Assembly (NCBI GenBank): GCA_963833985.1 | Contig: CAWIAD010000001.1 | Location: forward strand, 160,001 to 224,000 | Direction of reading: 5' to 3' | DNA: 64,000 nt | DNA from: an uncultured Planctomycetaceae bacterium | GTDB taxonomy: Bacteria; Planctomycetota; Planctomycetia; Isosphaerales; Isosphaeraceae | Shown: positions 41,101 to 51,288 of the stretch, one piece after another | Numbering within the stretch: position 1 is the stretch's first letter | Layout of the letters: each line of letters starts with the position of its first letter | The notes under the pieces: generated by a model | The model's input: only the letters and a program-made list of their open reading frames with translations | Told to the model about the DNA's origin: nothing | Databases searched by the model: none | Program-made: the position numbers and the translations under genes

Positions 41101-42315
41101 TTCTCCATCACGATCCTTCCCAACCCGTCGCAGGCGGCCAGCTCGGTCACGGTGAACCTGACGCTCAGCCAGCCGACCGGAGGGTCGACGCTGGGCACCC
41201 CCAGCACGGCATTGCTCACAATCAACAACAACCTGCCTGCCATCCTTCAGTTCTCGGCGGCATCCTACACCACATCCTCGTCGTCCAGCTCCGCTCTGAT
41301 CACCGTCACGCGCGGGGGCGGGAACAGCGCGGCGACGGTGCAGGTGCAGTACGCAGCCGCCGGCGGCAGCGCCGTGCCGGGCGTCGATTACACGCCGGTC
41401 ACCGGCACTCTCACGTTCCTGGCCAACCAGGCCACCGCAACGTTCAGAGTGCCGATTCTGAAGGGCGGCAATACCACCGTGGCCCGGACCATCGGGCTGT
41501 TCATCGCCAACGCGACCGGCGGCGCCGAGGTGGGGGCCAGGAGCACGGCCACGCTGACCATCAGTGCGTCGACCCCGTACAACCCGGTCGGACCCACTGA
41601 CCCGGTTCCACCGCAGGTCACCGGCGAGCAACTGGTGCTTGGCCCGGCCGGGATCACCGCCGTGTTCTTCGGCTTCAGCAAGCCGATGACCCCCAGCCGC
41701 GTACCCGACCTTGGCAACTATGGTTACTATGTCGATCTCGCCGGTGCCGGCGGGAAGTTCGGGACCTCTTCGGACACCTACGTACCGCTCACCTCGGCGC
41801 AGTACATTGCGTCCAGCTCCACCATCCTGTTGGTTCCGGCTTACCCCCTGCCCTACGGCCGGTTCGCGCGGATCATCCTCAACGGGCTGGCCAATCCGCT
41901 GCTCAACCGCGGGCTGACCTCCGCGTCGGGGGTCTTGCTCTCGGGCCTGAGCAACGGCGTCCCCGGCGCACCGTACGTGGCCACCTTCGGGGTCGGTTCG
42001 GGACTGGCCTACACCGACAGCGCGGGAAAGGCAGTGCAGCTCAGCCTGTCTGGCGGCGGGCTGATCGAGATGTTCCGGATGCCCGCCGGCGATCCGCAAA
42101 CCGTGATGCTGGCTGGTACCGTTCCCGGCAAGAGCGTGCTCACCTTCCAGGCCAACGCGGCCGGAGGCAAGACGACTTATATGCCGCCGATCCAGAATGC
42201 CGCGGGGGTGAAGTTCCGCTACAGGACGCCAGCAAGCGTCTTCCGCTCCACGGTCGCACCGCCGCCGGCGCCGAGCCGCGCCGTCAGGGCCGTCGTCGTC
42301 CGGCGGCGGAAATGA
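35119..42315 (+). CDS. Very large secreted protein: two parallel beta-helix modules, Calx-beta domains
   Basis: LESLESRQLLS leader; VINTNDSGAGSLRQAI twice; many GN.IG/NVISGN repeats; GDTSEF; TAV.G.DY....TLTF Calx-beta motifs. Confidence 0.9.
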   Translation: MSRTRIAGSTARTTPQANPRKRHLPLPVPSRRLRPLLESLESRQLLSTYTVINTNDSGAGSLRQAIINANKDSTPDDIVFNIPASTAPLLNQPVPGFDPVTQTWTINLQTPLPVISNTVSIDGYTEAHGGGVPYRYPNAVCSSAQSVAITGSPTGGTFTLSTSAPLPVGTTAPIPYDATAATVQAALGAIVGVNNIAVTGGPAPATGLTITFQHVYAGMNIPNLGADGTGLTGGTTPGVLVASFVQGGTAIADPVYIHSLPNTTPALQGNNAQERVIIDGSQVPISNTDIGFALDASHSLLRGLIITGFDVGVSVFALDTSNNPVVGDLIQGNSIGDYFLYLVDANTGSPLPSPGNVAFTSGGGNAQQGVILNSQNATVGGSNPQENNIICGNGAQGILVQPGASGNQILGNQIGMAGPSTNGLYSQDGNGLEGVLIESSGTPSNPLSIVYASSNFVGSATGGNVISGNGAAGVRMVGVGAIRNLVQGNYIGVAPGGGYLFGTGDPGNLGDGVRLEDASQNQIGGTTAALGNTIDSNHGAGIDFLGLATNNVAANNMIGVTAAGAQVLGNWSDGVSVYSPSNTIGPGNVISQNNRGIGIYGPLAATPGTATNILVDDNLIGTDATGQQGFGNAYEGIRVDNSAGNTIQGNAGGSQTISGNQVGVALVGTGSSGNLLQGNFIGSDNTGTRDLGNKNEGILVAGAGDNTIGGTAATSRNLISANHWGVRLDGLTAIGNIIEGNYIGSDASGQTRLGNELDGVIISNSANQNMIGGMTAGLGNTIAFQVMSGVLVESGTGNSILSNSIFSNGMLGINLVAPADPPSGVTSNAPGVRSGPNNLQNYPVLTAVTSNGSVTHITGTLSSLPDTTFLLQFFTNPAPDPSGYGQGETAFGSMQVITDGNGNATINLTVASVFPTGSIVSATATNLATGDTSEFAQDVAQSSVFQFTQALYVTSEASGWAVITVSRSLTAQAASVTCATVAGGTAVPGSDYVPVTTTLTFPAGASSETFSVQILDPHLVGGSRTVNLALSNPQPAATNTLDFQQTAVLQINDNDTGSSAQFIVTNTNDQGPGSLRQAILNANAASSPSTILFDIPAATDALLSIPVPGFDPVTQTWKIALQSALPVINQTVTIDGYSQAEGGVPFRYPSEITSAMQTVALTGILNGGTFTLSTSAPLPQGTTGPIAFNASDAQVQAALFAIPGMAGNVTVIGSPGFYFINFQGALAGQAIPRLAGNASGLTGTNPGIQVGTLVQGGSALSVPTMITSSANTMAATQGNDAHIRVIVDGSATGGATGFALNASHSRIDGLIIDGFGIGVSIPSPADMGNLIQGSFIGNYMLYPVDPSTGTALTGLNGYELAGLGNAQQGIYIDGSNTIIGGTNPQENNVIAGNLQQGIWIDAAGTGNVVEGNQIGMVGPSDFGRYFQVGNGADGVLVDGSSNAIGGSGSTAGNVISGNFGDGVHVLGPAATRTVIAGNLIGLAPGGGYALGTGDPGNRGDGVLIENSASNVIGGPGSTWGNTISSNSGAGILIIGATSSGNSVLNNIIGLTSDGKAEKGNLSDGVAVQSPQNTIGPGNVISGNLRGVNISGAQASGVVVVGNLIGTDGTGALNLGNAAQGVLIQSATDAVIEGDGNGSQVISGNNQGVVISGSSSTRNLVAGNLIGTDKTGLYAIPDAQEGVAILGATGNTIGGTSAAVRNVISSNGWGVRLDGSSATGNLVQGNFIGTDITGKAPLGNEADGVIVSTNASANTIGGTVSGAGNTIADNVLAGVLVQSGTGNSILTNSIASNGHLGINLAAPSDPPSGVTSNAPGVRSGPNNLQNYPILSTAVGGSISGSIQGTLNSVPGTSFLIQFFTSPVPDPSGYGQGQTSIGATTVTTNASGNAALTFNPSSPIPVNNWVTATATNLSTGDTSEFSNAVSALPITMEFLTATLSVNVSAGTALVHVERTGNPSAVVSVNYATSNGTAVAGKDYTAASGTLTFQPGQTDKTFSITILPNPSQAASSVTVNLTLSQPTGGSTLGTPSTALLTINNNLPAILQFSAASYTTSSSSSSALITVTRGGGNSAATVQVQYAAAGGSAVPGVDYTPVTGTLTFLANQATATFRVPILKGGNTTVARTIGLFIANATGGAEVGARSTATLTISASTPYNPVGPTDPVPPQVTGEQLVLGPAGITAVFFGFSKPMTPSRVPDLGNYGYYVDLAGAGGKFGTSSDTYVPLTSAQYIASSSTILLVPAYPLPYGRFARIILNGLANPLLNRGLTSASGVLLSGLSNGVPGAPYVATFGVGSGLAYTDSAGKAVQLSLSGGGLIEMFRMPAGDPQTVMLAGTVPGKSVLTFQANAAGGKTTYMPPIQNAAGVKFRYRTPASVFRSTVAPPPAPSRAVRAVVVRRRK

Positions 42316-42361
42316 CGATCCAGGGCAGTACCGATGTTGGGTCGCAGAGCCCGGCCGGGAT

Positions 42362-45300
42362 TCAATGGCTCTCGACGAGCGCCTCGGAGGGCGGCAGCTC
42401 CGGATCCCGAACCGAGTTTTGCAGACGCCTCCAGCGCCAGCGGCGGATGGCGTAAAAGAGGACGGGGATAAGCAAATCGACGACCTCGTCGGCGACGAGA
42501 ATGCCACCCAGCACCGGCGCGGCCATGGGACGGATGATCTCCGAGCCGACTCCGCTGGCCCAGAGCATGGGTGCCAGGCCGATCACGACGGTTCCTTCCG
42601 TGAGCAGCTTGGGGCGTAGCCGGTGCACAGCGCCGTCGAGAACGGTCTGTCGGAGCTGCGCCAGGCTCACCCGCTCCAGCCCTCCTGCGCGTTCCAGGGC
42701 CTCGCGCAGATAGACGAGCATGATGATCCCGGTCGAGGTGGCCATCCCGAAGCAGGCGATGTAACCGACCCAGACGGTGACCGAGAGCGCCTCGCCCAGC
42801 AGCCACTGGAAGAACAGGCCGCCGGCGACGGCCCCGGGGACGGTCAGAAACATGAGCGCGGCATCCGCGAGGTCGTGGTAGGTCCAGCACAGGATGAGGA
42901 AGATGAGCGCGATGACAATCGGGATCACGAGCGTCAGCGTCGTCCGGGCCCGGAGCTGGTGCTCGAACTGACCGGTCCATTCCACGAACACGTTGTCGGG
43001 GAGGTGGACCTCGCGGGCGACCAGTGCGCGTGCCTCGGCGACGAGATCCGCCGCGTCCCGGTCGCGCACGTTGAGACGGACGTAGTTGCGCAATAGCCCG
43101 TTCTCACCCTTGATCGTGGCCGGGCCCTCCACGACGTGGATGTCGGCGATCTGGGCGAGCGGGACCTGGCGGACTTCCGCCGTGGTTGGACCCTTTACGC
43201 CCGAGGTTGCCGGAACCAGCAGGTCGCGGAGCGACTCCTCGTCCTGCCGGAAGTCGCGAGCGTAACGGACCACCACGGGATGGCGCTCGCGTCCCTCCAC
43301 AAGCTGGGTAACCGCCTTCCCCGCGAGCGCCGCTTCGATCACCTGGTTGGCCGCGCCGACGCTCACTCCCAGCCGCCCTGCCCGCTCACGATCGAAACGG
43401 ACCTCGATGGAGGGCTTGCCGCGAAGGGGGTCCGCCACGACGTCCACCGCCCCGCGAACGCGGCGGACGACCTGTGCAATCTGCTCCGAGACTTGCACGA
43501 CCTCATCCAGGTTGTCACCCAGAACTCGGATGCCGACTGTCGTGTTGACACCCGTGGAGAGCATGTCGACGCGGTTCTGGATCGGCATGGTCCAGACATT
43601 GGTCCATCCGGGCATCTGCACGGCTCGGTCCAGCTCACCGCCAAAGCCCGCGAGCTCGTGCCGCTCCAGCTTCCAGAGGATCAGTCGCTTGCCAAACTCG
43701 TCCGAGAGCCGCCTGAGAAGGTCATCCAGGGGAGCAAACGGCTCCAGCAGGAGCTGCGGGCTCATGGCAGCATCATGATGATGTTCGTGGTCGGCGTCTC
43801 CCACTTGCGGGCCCGCGGCGAGCGCCATCCCCCGGCGCGCATTTGCTGTAGCCTTTGCAGGTGGCTCACCACCGGAGGCGCCAGTCCGGAGGCACGTTCC
43901 AGAAGCTCTTCAAGGACGATCCGCGTGAACACCCAGGCGGTTCTGCCCAGCAGCTCGCCATCGAGCGTCTTCACGTGATCGCGCCAGATCGCGAGCAGCC
44001 TCGATTCCTCGAAGGTTTCGGGGTGGATCGATGCCGGTGACGGTCCCACTCCGCGCACGACTTCCTGGTTCCGCTGATAGGCGTACTCGCGCAGGGCCAC
44101 GTCGCAGAGCGGCATGGCCGCCTGTGCCGCTTCTTCAACCAGGCGCTCGCGCTCGGCCGACACTTGAGGGGGCTTCACGAACTGACCGTCGACCAGGGCC
44201 TCGAGCACAGCCATCGTCTGCCGCCTGGCATCGCCCGGGCCAAGCTTGCGGCGTGGCCAGAGCTCGCGGGGGCGGAAGTTGACCATGGTCTCGATCATGT
44301 CCAGGGGCGCGGGGTCGGTCGGAGTCTCGGCCCGTCCTGCCTTGCCCACCACCATGTCGACTTCGGGGAACCGGCAGAGGATCATGTCACGCGCCTTCAG
44401 GTCGTCCAGTGACTCGGTCACCGAGGCCCGGGGGACCGTGATGGGCATATCCATCACCATCCCCTCGTCCAGCGGCTCGAGGAACTTGCGCGGCAACGGC
44501 TTCATGAATTGAGCCGCGGCGAGGGCCACGATGAGCAGGCTGAACGGGGCGAGGAGTTTGACGGACGGCCGCCGGGCCAGAGCCGCCGTGGCTGCCTGCC
44601 CCAGCAGCAGGATCGCCACAGAAAGAGGACGCGAGCCCAGCGGAGCGAACCCGATGAGGAACGTAAGGCTGAGTGTCCACGCGAGAGCCGCCGGGTATTC
44701 CATCAAGTACGAGAGCACCGGCCGGTACACGTCGATCATGCCCCGCACCAGCGGGTTCTCGGTCTCGGACCGCAATCGCCCGCGGATGAGCAGCGAACAC
44801 AGCGCCGGCACCGCGGTGATTGCCAGTCCGGCGACGGCCAGAAGGGCAAACGACTTCGTGTAGGCCAGCGGATGGAACATCTTTCCCTCGATGCCCCCCA
44901 GCGCGAAGACCGGCAGGAACGAGAGCAGCATGATGGCCACGGAGAAGACGATCGGCCTGCCCACTGCCAGGCAGGCCGAAAGGACGACTCCGCTCACATC
45001 CCCGCGCACGGGGCGGTCTCCAAACTGCTGCTGGAGACGGTGCATCACGTTCTCGGCCATGACGATCGACGAATCAACCAGCACGCCGATCGAGATGGCG
45101 ATGCCAGCCAGCGACATGGCGTTGGTCTGCACGTCGACGATCCCCAGCCAGCGGAGTACGGCCATGATCAGGAACGAGGAAAGCGCCGCCAGTGGCAAGG
45201 TGACGACCACGACCAGCGACGCGCGCACGTGCAGCAGGATCGCCAGGACGCAGGCGCTGGCCGTGAGCATGGCCTCCACAACAGCCCCGCTCACCGTGCC

Positions 45301-46335
45301 GATGGCACCCCGGATCAACGGCGTTCGATCGTAAAACGGGACGATCTTGACGCCGGGCGGCAAACCGCGTTGCACGTCGGCGATCTTCGCCTTGAGGCGG
45401 CGCGTGACCTCCAGAGGGTTCTCGCCATGGGACATCAGGACGACACCGCCAGCCACCTCGCTGCCATCCTTCTCCAGAACACCGCGCCGGTAACCGGGTG
45501 CCATCGAGATCCGCGCGAGGTCGCCCAGGCGCTGAACGCCCGCCCTGGACGACGGCACGGGGACCGCCTCCAGGTCCGCGATCGCCCGGACGTCCAGAAA
45601 GCTGGAGTCGCCGGCCTGGGCCAACGCCCCCAGCCAGCCCACGCCGCGCACCACGTATTCGGCCTGTCCCTTCACCAGGACGTGACCCCCGGCCGTTGAA
45701 TTCGAGGAGGCGACGGCATCCATGACATTCTGGAGCGTGACCCCCAGCGCTTTCAGCCGCGCGGGATCGACGGCCACCTCGTACTCACAGGGGTATCCGC
45801 CCACGCTCGACACCTCGGCCACGCCGGCCACGGCGCTGAGCTGGGGACGGACGAACCAGTCCTGGATGGCGCGGAGCCGGCCCAGGTCCTGCCCGGGCCC
45901 CTCCACCGTGTACCAGTAGATCTGGCCGGTGGCCAGGCAGTCCGGCGCCAGGGCGGCGACGGCCCCTTCCGGAAGCACGCGCTGCACCGCGGCCAGGCGC
46001 TGGGTCACCCGCGTGCGAACCTCGTCAAGGCCGACCGAGTCATCGAAGATCACGCTGATCCACGAGAACCCCACATCACTGGAAGACCGCACCACCCGCA
46101 CGCCGGCAAGGCCCTGAAGGCCCAGGGCCATGGGGTAAGTGACCTGGTCCTCAATTTCCCTGGGGCCGTGGCCCTTCCAGTCCGTGAAGACGATGACCTG
46201 GTTCTCGGAGAGATCCGGGATGGCGTCCACGGGTGTCCGCCAGGCGGCCCACGAGCCCAGCACCGCCAGCACAGCGCAGACCGCAATCATCATGTACCGG
46301 TGGCATACGGAAAACGTGATGATGCGATCAATCAT
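42362..46335 (-). CDS. cusA: CusA-type Cu/Ag heavy-metal RND efflux pump, frameshift at ~43830
   Basis: DAIPDLSENQVIV, GIAISIGVLVD, Met triad contexts (MDMP, PLDMIET, RVDMLSTG), RLRPKL.T; adding one G joins the two ORFs. Confidence 0.9.
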
Positions 46336-47866
46336 GGGGCAGGCGTTTGAGGTATCGCCGCGAGGTAGCGGCCGGGATTCGCCATGAACGTGTCCTTGCA
46401 CCCGTCGCAGCAAAGGAAAACGACTCGACCGGCGGCCACCACGCGGATCGGGGTACCCATCGATCCCAGCGCCTTCCTCGTCACCGGGCAGATCTTCTGG
46501 CGGCTCGCGAGCTGCTGATCGGACGGATCAGTCGATGATCGCAGTGCAGGCTTACTGGCGGTGACCGTAACGGCAGCCGTCGCGGCCGGTACTGGCGACT
46601 CGGTGCGGGCGCCGGCCCCGAAGTACCCGGAGGCAAGGCTCGGGTTCAGCCTGGTTTCGGCATCGAGCAAGAAGGCGCCGGCGACCGCGACCCTCTGCCC
46701 GGGCTCGAGACCGGAGGCGACAGGGTAGTCGCCTCCACACCTTGGACCGAGCTCGATCTCGACGCCGTCGAACATCCCCGGCATCGTCTCGACGAAGACG
46801 TACGTGCGCGACCCCGTATCGATGACCGCCGACGCGGGCACCGCAAGCACCTTGCCCGGCGGCTGGAACGTCACCACCCGCGGCTCAAGTGCCATCCCGC
46901 CACATTCACCGCACTGCTGACCGGGCTGATTCGATGTGACCGCCGGGTGCATCGGACACCACCACCCGACGCGCTGATTCTCCGCGAGCGCCGTGGCCAT
47001 GAGCGGGTTTCCCTCGACCGAACAGCGACCGGGCGCGGCACGCAGCGCTCTGGGATGTTCCGGGCAGGAATAGATTTTCCGCGGCTCGCCGGCCCGCAAT
47101 GCCGGCGGGCTGGTGGGAAGCGACCGAAACGGCTCAAGCCGGCAGGCCGGCACCTCGCAAACGACGTCGGCCAGCATGCCGGGCCGCAGCCGCCCTTCGG
47201 TGTCCTCGATCACGACGGTCGCCTGGACATCATCCTCCGCCTTTCCAGACGGCCGGTCCGCAAGGCGCAGACGTCCTCTGACCGGCCGCGTATCGGCGGC
47301 GTCCCGGCACCGAACCTGAACGTGCTGACACTCCTTCAGCCATGATGCGTGCCGTGCGGGGATTTCCAGGGGGACGCTGAGCGCATCTCCGTTCCGGCTG
47401 ACGAGCCCGGCGGCGCGATAGCTCCGCGCAAGCGGCTGGTACTCCACGGGCGAGGTACGGATGCCGGCAAGGAGAACCCGGTACGGAGAGACCTGCATCC
47501 GGGCCACGACTCCCTCTGGCAGCACCGTGGCGTCCCCGCGCTGCGCCGGACCAGGTCCATGTTGCAGACGCCGCACTTGCCGGGCCAGTTCGAGAGGACT
47601 CCCGGATCCATCGGGCAGAAGTACTCGGTGTCATTGGAGACCGGGCCCGGCGCGGACCAGCGCGACCCGGCCGGACGCCAGAGCCGATCCCAGTAATTGC
47701 CGATCTCTTCCCAGCGGCCGACGAGGAGCGCCGAGAACAACAGAATCAGGGGGATCCGCAGCCGTACCTGGGCGATCTTGAAGCCCGCGCGTACCGCCTC
47801 ACTCACCCTGGGCAAGGAAAACGCAGGCGCGCGGGCCCGATGGGGCCGGGTCGACACGAAACGCAT
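46332..47866 (-). CDS. cusB: CusB-like RND periplasmic adaptor with heavy-metal-binding and YHS-like domains, frameshift at ~47542
   Basis: YFCPMDP..CGVCNMDL, YSCPEHP, WWCPMHP..CGECGGM, VPASAVIDTG, GAFLLDAE, CPV..FLCCDGC. Confidence 0.85.
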
Positions 47867-47950
47867 GGTCGGGCTCTCAGCGAGTGAGGTTGTGAGTCTC
47901 GAAAGGCACGGCGTCGGGGCCAGAGGGAAGCCTCGAACACGGCTGGCAAC

Positions 47951-48405
47951 TCAGCGCCGCCGCCGTGACTTGCCGGCCGGCGGCGAGAGCTTGGGGCCGT
48001 CTTCCATGTTGATGTTGCGAGTGTAATCCTCATCCCGAAAGACCATGACAGGCCCCAGGCCCAGCACGTGGTACTGCACTTCCTGCACCCGCGCCGGCTT
48101 ACCCAGTGAGAGCCGCACGCCGAATCGCTTTTCGGACGGGCCGGATTCCTCGTGCACGATCTCGAACGATTCCAGCTTCGCACCCTGGGCCCACGGCGTA
48201 TCGTGGACCTCGACCACCGGTTCTGTTCCCGCCACCAGGCCGGGTTTCCCGCCTGCTTGCCAGCTCTTGAGCGCGGATTCGAGGGCTCCGCGCGCAGCTC
48301 GTCGCTCGGTGCGGCGCCATGGCTCTGGCCACAGCCGCAAAAGGAAAGAACCAGCCCCGCGCAGGCCAGTGCCGCGACGAACTGGGAGAGTGTTGTCTGT
48401 CGCAT
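47951..48405 (-). CDS. Lipoprotein downstream of the DUF1559 gene, frameshift at ~48296
   Basis: MRQTTLSQFVAALACAGLVLSFCGC lipobox in one frame, ARGALESALKSWQAG... in another; one extra G gives DELARGALE. Confidence 0.7.
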
Positions 48406-48419
48406 GAGTCTTGGCCCCT

Positions 48420-49475
48420 TCAGTACGAGTCCGAGGAAATGACTTCGCCGCCGTTTCTGGTGCCCAGCGCGCGCCAGGTGGTGAGCGAGACGCCGTTCTT
48501 GACGAACCGCACGCTGCCGTCGCCGAAGAGCACGTTCACGCCGCCGGGGTGCTGGCTGGAGGGAGGCACCTGCATGGGCATGTTGGCCATGCTGTTGTTG
48601 GCGAAGCCCAGTCCGGCACAGGTCCCTCTGTTCGGAGTCGACACGTGGTTGTACTGCGTGCAGCACATCTCGCCCATCACCCAGCTCGCCCCTTGAACGT
48701 GCGTCAGCCGCGTGGCGGTCTGCGGGTTGGCAGCCAGACACGTGAGGTACGTGTCGTTGAGGTTGGTCGGGGAGGTGATGACCATGGAGTCCGAGCGTGC
48801 GTCCGAATCACGCATGCCGGAGCCGCGAATCTTCTCGCTGAAGAACGCCGTGTTGCTCATTCCATCCGTGATCGACGCGAGCTTGACACCGCTCTGAAAG
48901 TAGAAAACTCCCTGGGCCATCTCGGCCGGCGCGACGGTGGAGGGGTTGTTGTCTCCCAGGTCACAGGCCCATGTCTGCATGTTTCCGAGATAGCTGTTCC
49001 CTCCCGGCCAGTCCGAGACGAACGGGTTCGCGTCGGAGGGGCAGAGGAACGCGGCGATCTGGCTCCGCGATGCGGTGGAGTTCGCACGGTTGGCATTCTG
49101 AAATGGCGGCATGAAGGGAACGTCTCCTGCCATGCCGGGCGTTTCCGGAGCGAGGTTGAAGTTGATGCTGTTGAACAGGTTTCCCTGCTCGATGTACATG
49201 AGCAACTGGCTATGCGTGGACCAGCGCGCGTAGAAGACCGTGCCGGGCACGGTGACGTTGTAGCTTGCACCCTTGCCGAAGGGGAGCGTCTGGAAGGTGG
49301 TGAGGTAGTTCTGGCAGGCCAGCCCGATCTGCTTGAGGTTGTTCGTGCACTGGCCGCGGCGGGCCGCCTCGCGTGCCGACTGGACCGCAGGCAGCAAGAG
49401 GGAGATCAGAACCGCAATGATCGCAATGACGACGAGTAGCTCGATGAGTGTGAAGCCGGAGCGACGATTCTGCAT
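48420..49475 (-). CDS. DUF1559 prepilin-type N-terminal cleavage/methylation protein with H-X9-DG motif
   Basis: [64 protein letters not shown]. Confidence 0.95.
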   Translation of the reverse strand: MQNRRSGFTLIELLVVIAIIAVLISLLLPAVQSAREAARRGQCTNNLKQIGLACQNYLTTFQTLPFGKGASYNVTVPGTVFYARWSTHSQLLMYIEQGNLFNSINFNLAPETPGMAGDVPFMPPFQNANRANSTASRSQIAAFLCPSDANPFVSDWPGGNSYLGNMQTWACDLGDNNPSTVAPAEMAQGVFYFQSGVKLASITDGMSNTAFFSEKIRGSGMRDSDARSDSMVITSPTNLNDTYLTCLAANPQTATRLTHVQGASWVMGEMCCTQYNHVSTPNRGTCAGLGFANNSMANMPMQVPPSSQHPGGVNVLFGDGSVRFVKNGVSLTTWRALGTRNGGEVISSDSY

Positions 49476-49786
49476 GAGTGGTCCTTCCGCTGAAATGAAA
49501 GGAATGGATGAAAAACGAGATGGAAAAAAAGATCGGCCGCTGACTGAAGCGCCCATCCCGCCAGGCACGACCACGCGGGCTCAGTGAGCCGCGGCGATGT
49601 GGCAACGCGGTCGGGCGTCGAACAGACCGCCCGTTCCGGAAGAACCGCTCCATCACCTCGGCGAACTTCGAAGCCGCCAGCCCGCAAGGGCCGGCGTCAA
49701 GACCATCGAGCGCCTCACGACCTGGCGAAGCGCGCGCCGGACGTGCTGTGGAGCGATCAGGAATGGAAGGCGGCAGGCGCGCCGGG

Positions 49787-50299
49787 CTAGGCGGTTGTTC
49801 TGGGCGGGCGGGTCGGCCGATCGGCGCGCTCTTTTCGAGCCGCGCGCTGTTTCGGCTGCGGAAGTGCGGCGGAAATGGATCGTTCCATCAGGCCGGAAAG
49901 AAGTGGCGGGCACCAGCCCTCATGCCGCGGCACGGAATGGGGAACCGCCTGCGGAGCCGGTGGAGCGGAGTTTCCGGAACAATGCGGGCCCGAGCAGGGA
50001 GGAACCGCGGGCCGCGCCGGGGTGCTCCCGGGCGAGACATTGCCAGATTGCGTCAATGAGTCAGCCACGACCCAGTGATCGAGTCGGAGTGTCCGGTACC
50101 AGGCGACATCGGCCTTCGTGGCCACCAGGTGCGAGCAGCCGGCCCGCGCTTGCTGCGCGCCAACCACGCAGGATGTGACCAGCAGCAAGCCAGCCGTCCA
50201 CCACGGGAAGGCCTTCGAGGCCGGGACTCCGGCGCTCAACTGGGCACTCTCCGCGGATCGAGCGTGATTCATCGGCCTTCGATCCGGGTCGGTGGTCAT
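49787..50299 (-). CDS. Exported Cys-containing protein ending in RPPR (DUF2946-like leader candidate)
   Basis: TM/signal then GCSH, PCSGPHCS, Pro-rich linker, C-terminus DRPTRPPRTTA. Confidence 0.65.
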   Translation of the reverse strand: MTTDPDRRPMNHARSAESAQLSAGVPASKAFPWWTAGLLLVTSCVVGAQQARAGCSHLVATKADVAWYRTLRLDHWVVADSLTQSGNVSPGSTPARPAVPPCSGPHCSGNSAPPAPQAVPHSVPRHEGWCPPLLSGLMERSISAALPQPKQRAARKERADRPTRPPRTTA

Positions 50300-50513
50300 G
50301 GAATTCGAGACACAGAGACTGGAGAATGCAAGTAATCTACACTTGAAAGCCCGGAACCGCAAGCAGTATGTTCGGCGTGTCGCGTTCGTTTCGAGCATCG
50401 GAAGACCGATGCGGTCCGAGGTTTCAGGCGGTGCGCCGCCGGGAATGGCCAGCGTGTGCAGGCGAGAAGGCCCTGACGGTTCCGTGCGGGATCCCGCAGC
50501 CAGGCAAGGAAAC

Positions 50514-51062
50514 GTGCTGCCGGCGCGTGCCGGTGCGCCCGCAGGCCCATGCGGGCGGCGGTTTCGGATTGCCATTTTTCTGGCGACCGTGTTCTCCACG
50601 GGCATCTCGTGCGGCCACCGTGAGAGCGCGGGACCGGCGCACTTGCTGCCGGACCCGGCGCTGGTGCGCCAGGCTCTGGAGCGATCACTCCGCCGCTGGC
50701 AGGACGCTCCCGAGCAAGTTCTCACTGCCACGCCGCGGGATTCGGTCGTCTTCGTCGATCAGCAGCACCAGCCGGCCCAGGAACTCCATGAGTACGCGAT
50801 CCTGAGCGAATCCGAGACCGAGAGCTCGCGCCGCTTCCTGGTGCGGCTCTCCCTCGCCAGCCCTGAGGAAACGATCACGGCCGTCTACCACGTCTTCGGC
50901 AAGGACCCCATCTGGGTGTACCGCAGCGAGGACCTGGACATCGTCATGCACTGGGAATGCCCGATGGACTCGGACCCCGGGGCATCCTCTGCACCGGAGG
51001 CAGAGGCGACACCGAACCGCCCGGACGCCGTCCCGCAAACGTTCGCGGGCGCGGCCCATTAG
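50514..51062 (+). CDS. Lipoprotein paralogous to 47951-48405 (start uncertain)
   Basis: TGISC lipobox; RQALERSLRRWQ...RRFLVRLSL...YHVFGKDPIWVYRSED parallels the paralog's RGALESALKSWQ...KRFGVRLSL...YHVLGLGPVMVFRDED. Confidence 0.7.
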   Translation: MLPARAGAPAGPCGRRFRIAIFLATVFSTGISCGHRESAGPAHLLPDPALVRQALERSLRRWQDAPEQVLTATPRDSVVFVDQQHQPAQELHEYAILSESETESSRRFLVRLSLASPEETITAVYHVFGKDPIWVYRSEDLDIVMHWECPMDSDPGASSAPEAEATPNRPDAVPQTFAGAAH

Positions 51063-51288
51063 CGTGCCGGCAAGGTGTCCAGACAGCAATCGAGGCAGAA
51101 GCCGCAACCCCGCGGCCCGGTGCCGCCCGGTTCGTGCGTTCGTCCGGTTCGGCCTTTACAAGGCTCGCGTCGTTCTCTCAGAATGTGTGATTCCGTACCG
51201 CGCGTCGCGGCCCACCCCGTGTGTGAGCGAAGCGGAATACCGCGGCGTGAGCGATACTGCGGTCAAATTTTCATTTGATGGAATTGCA

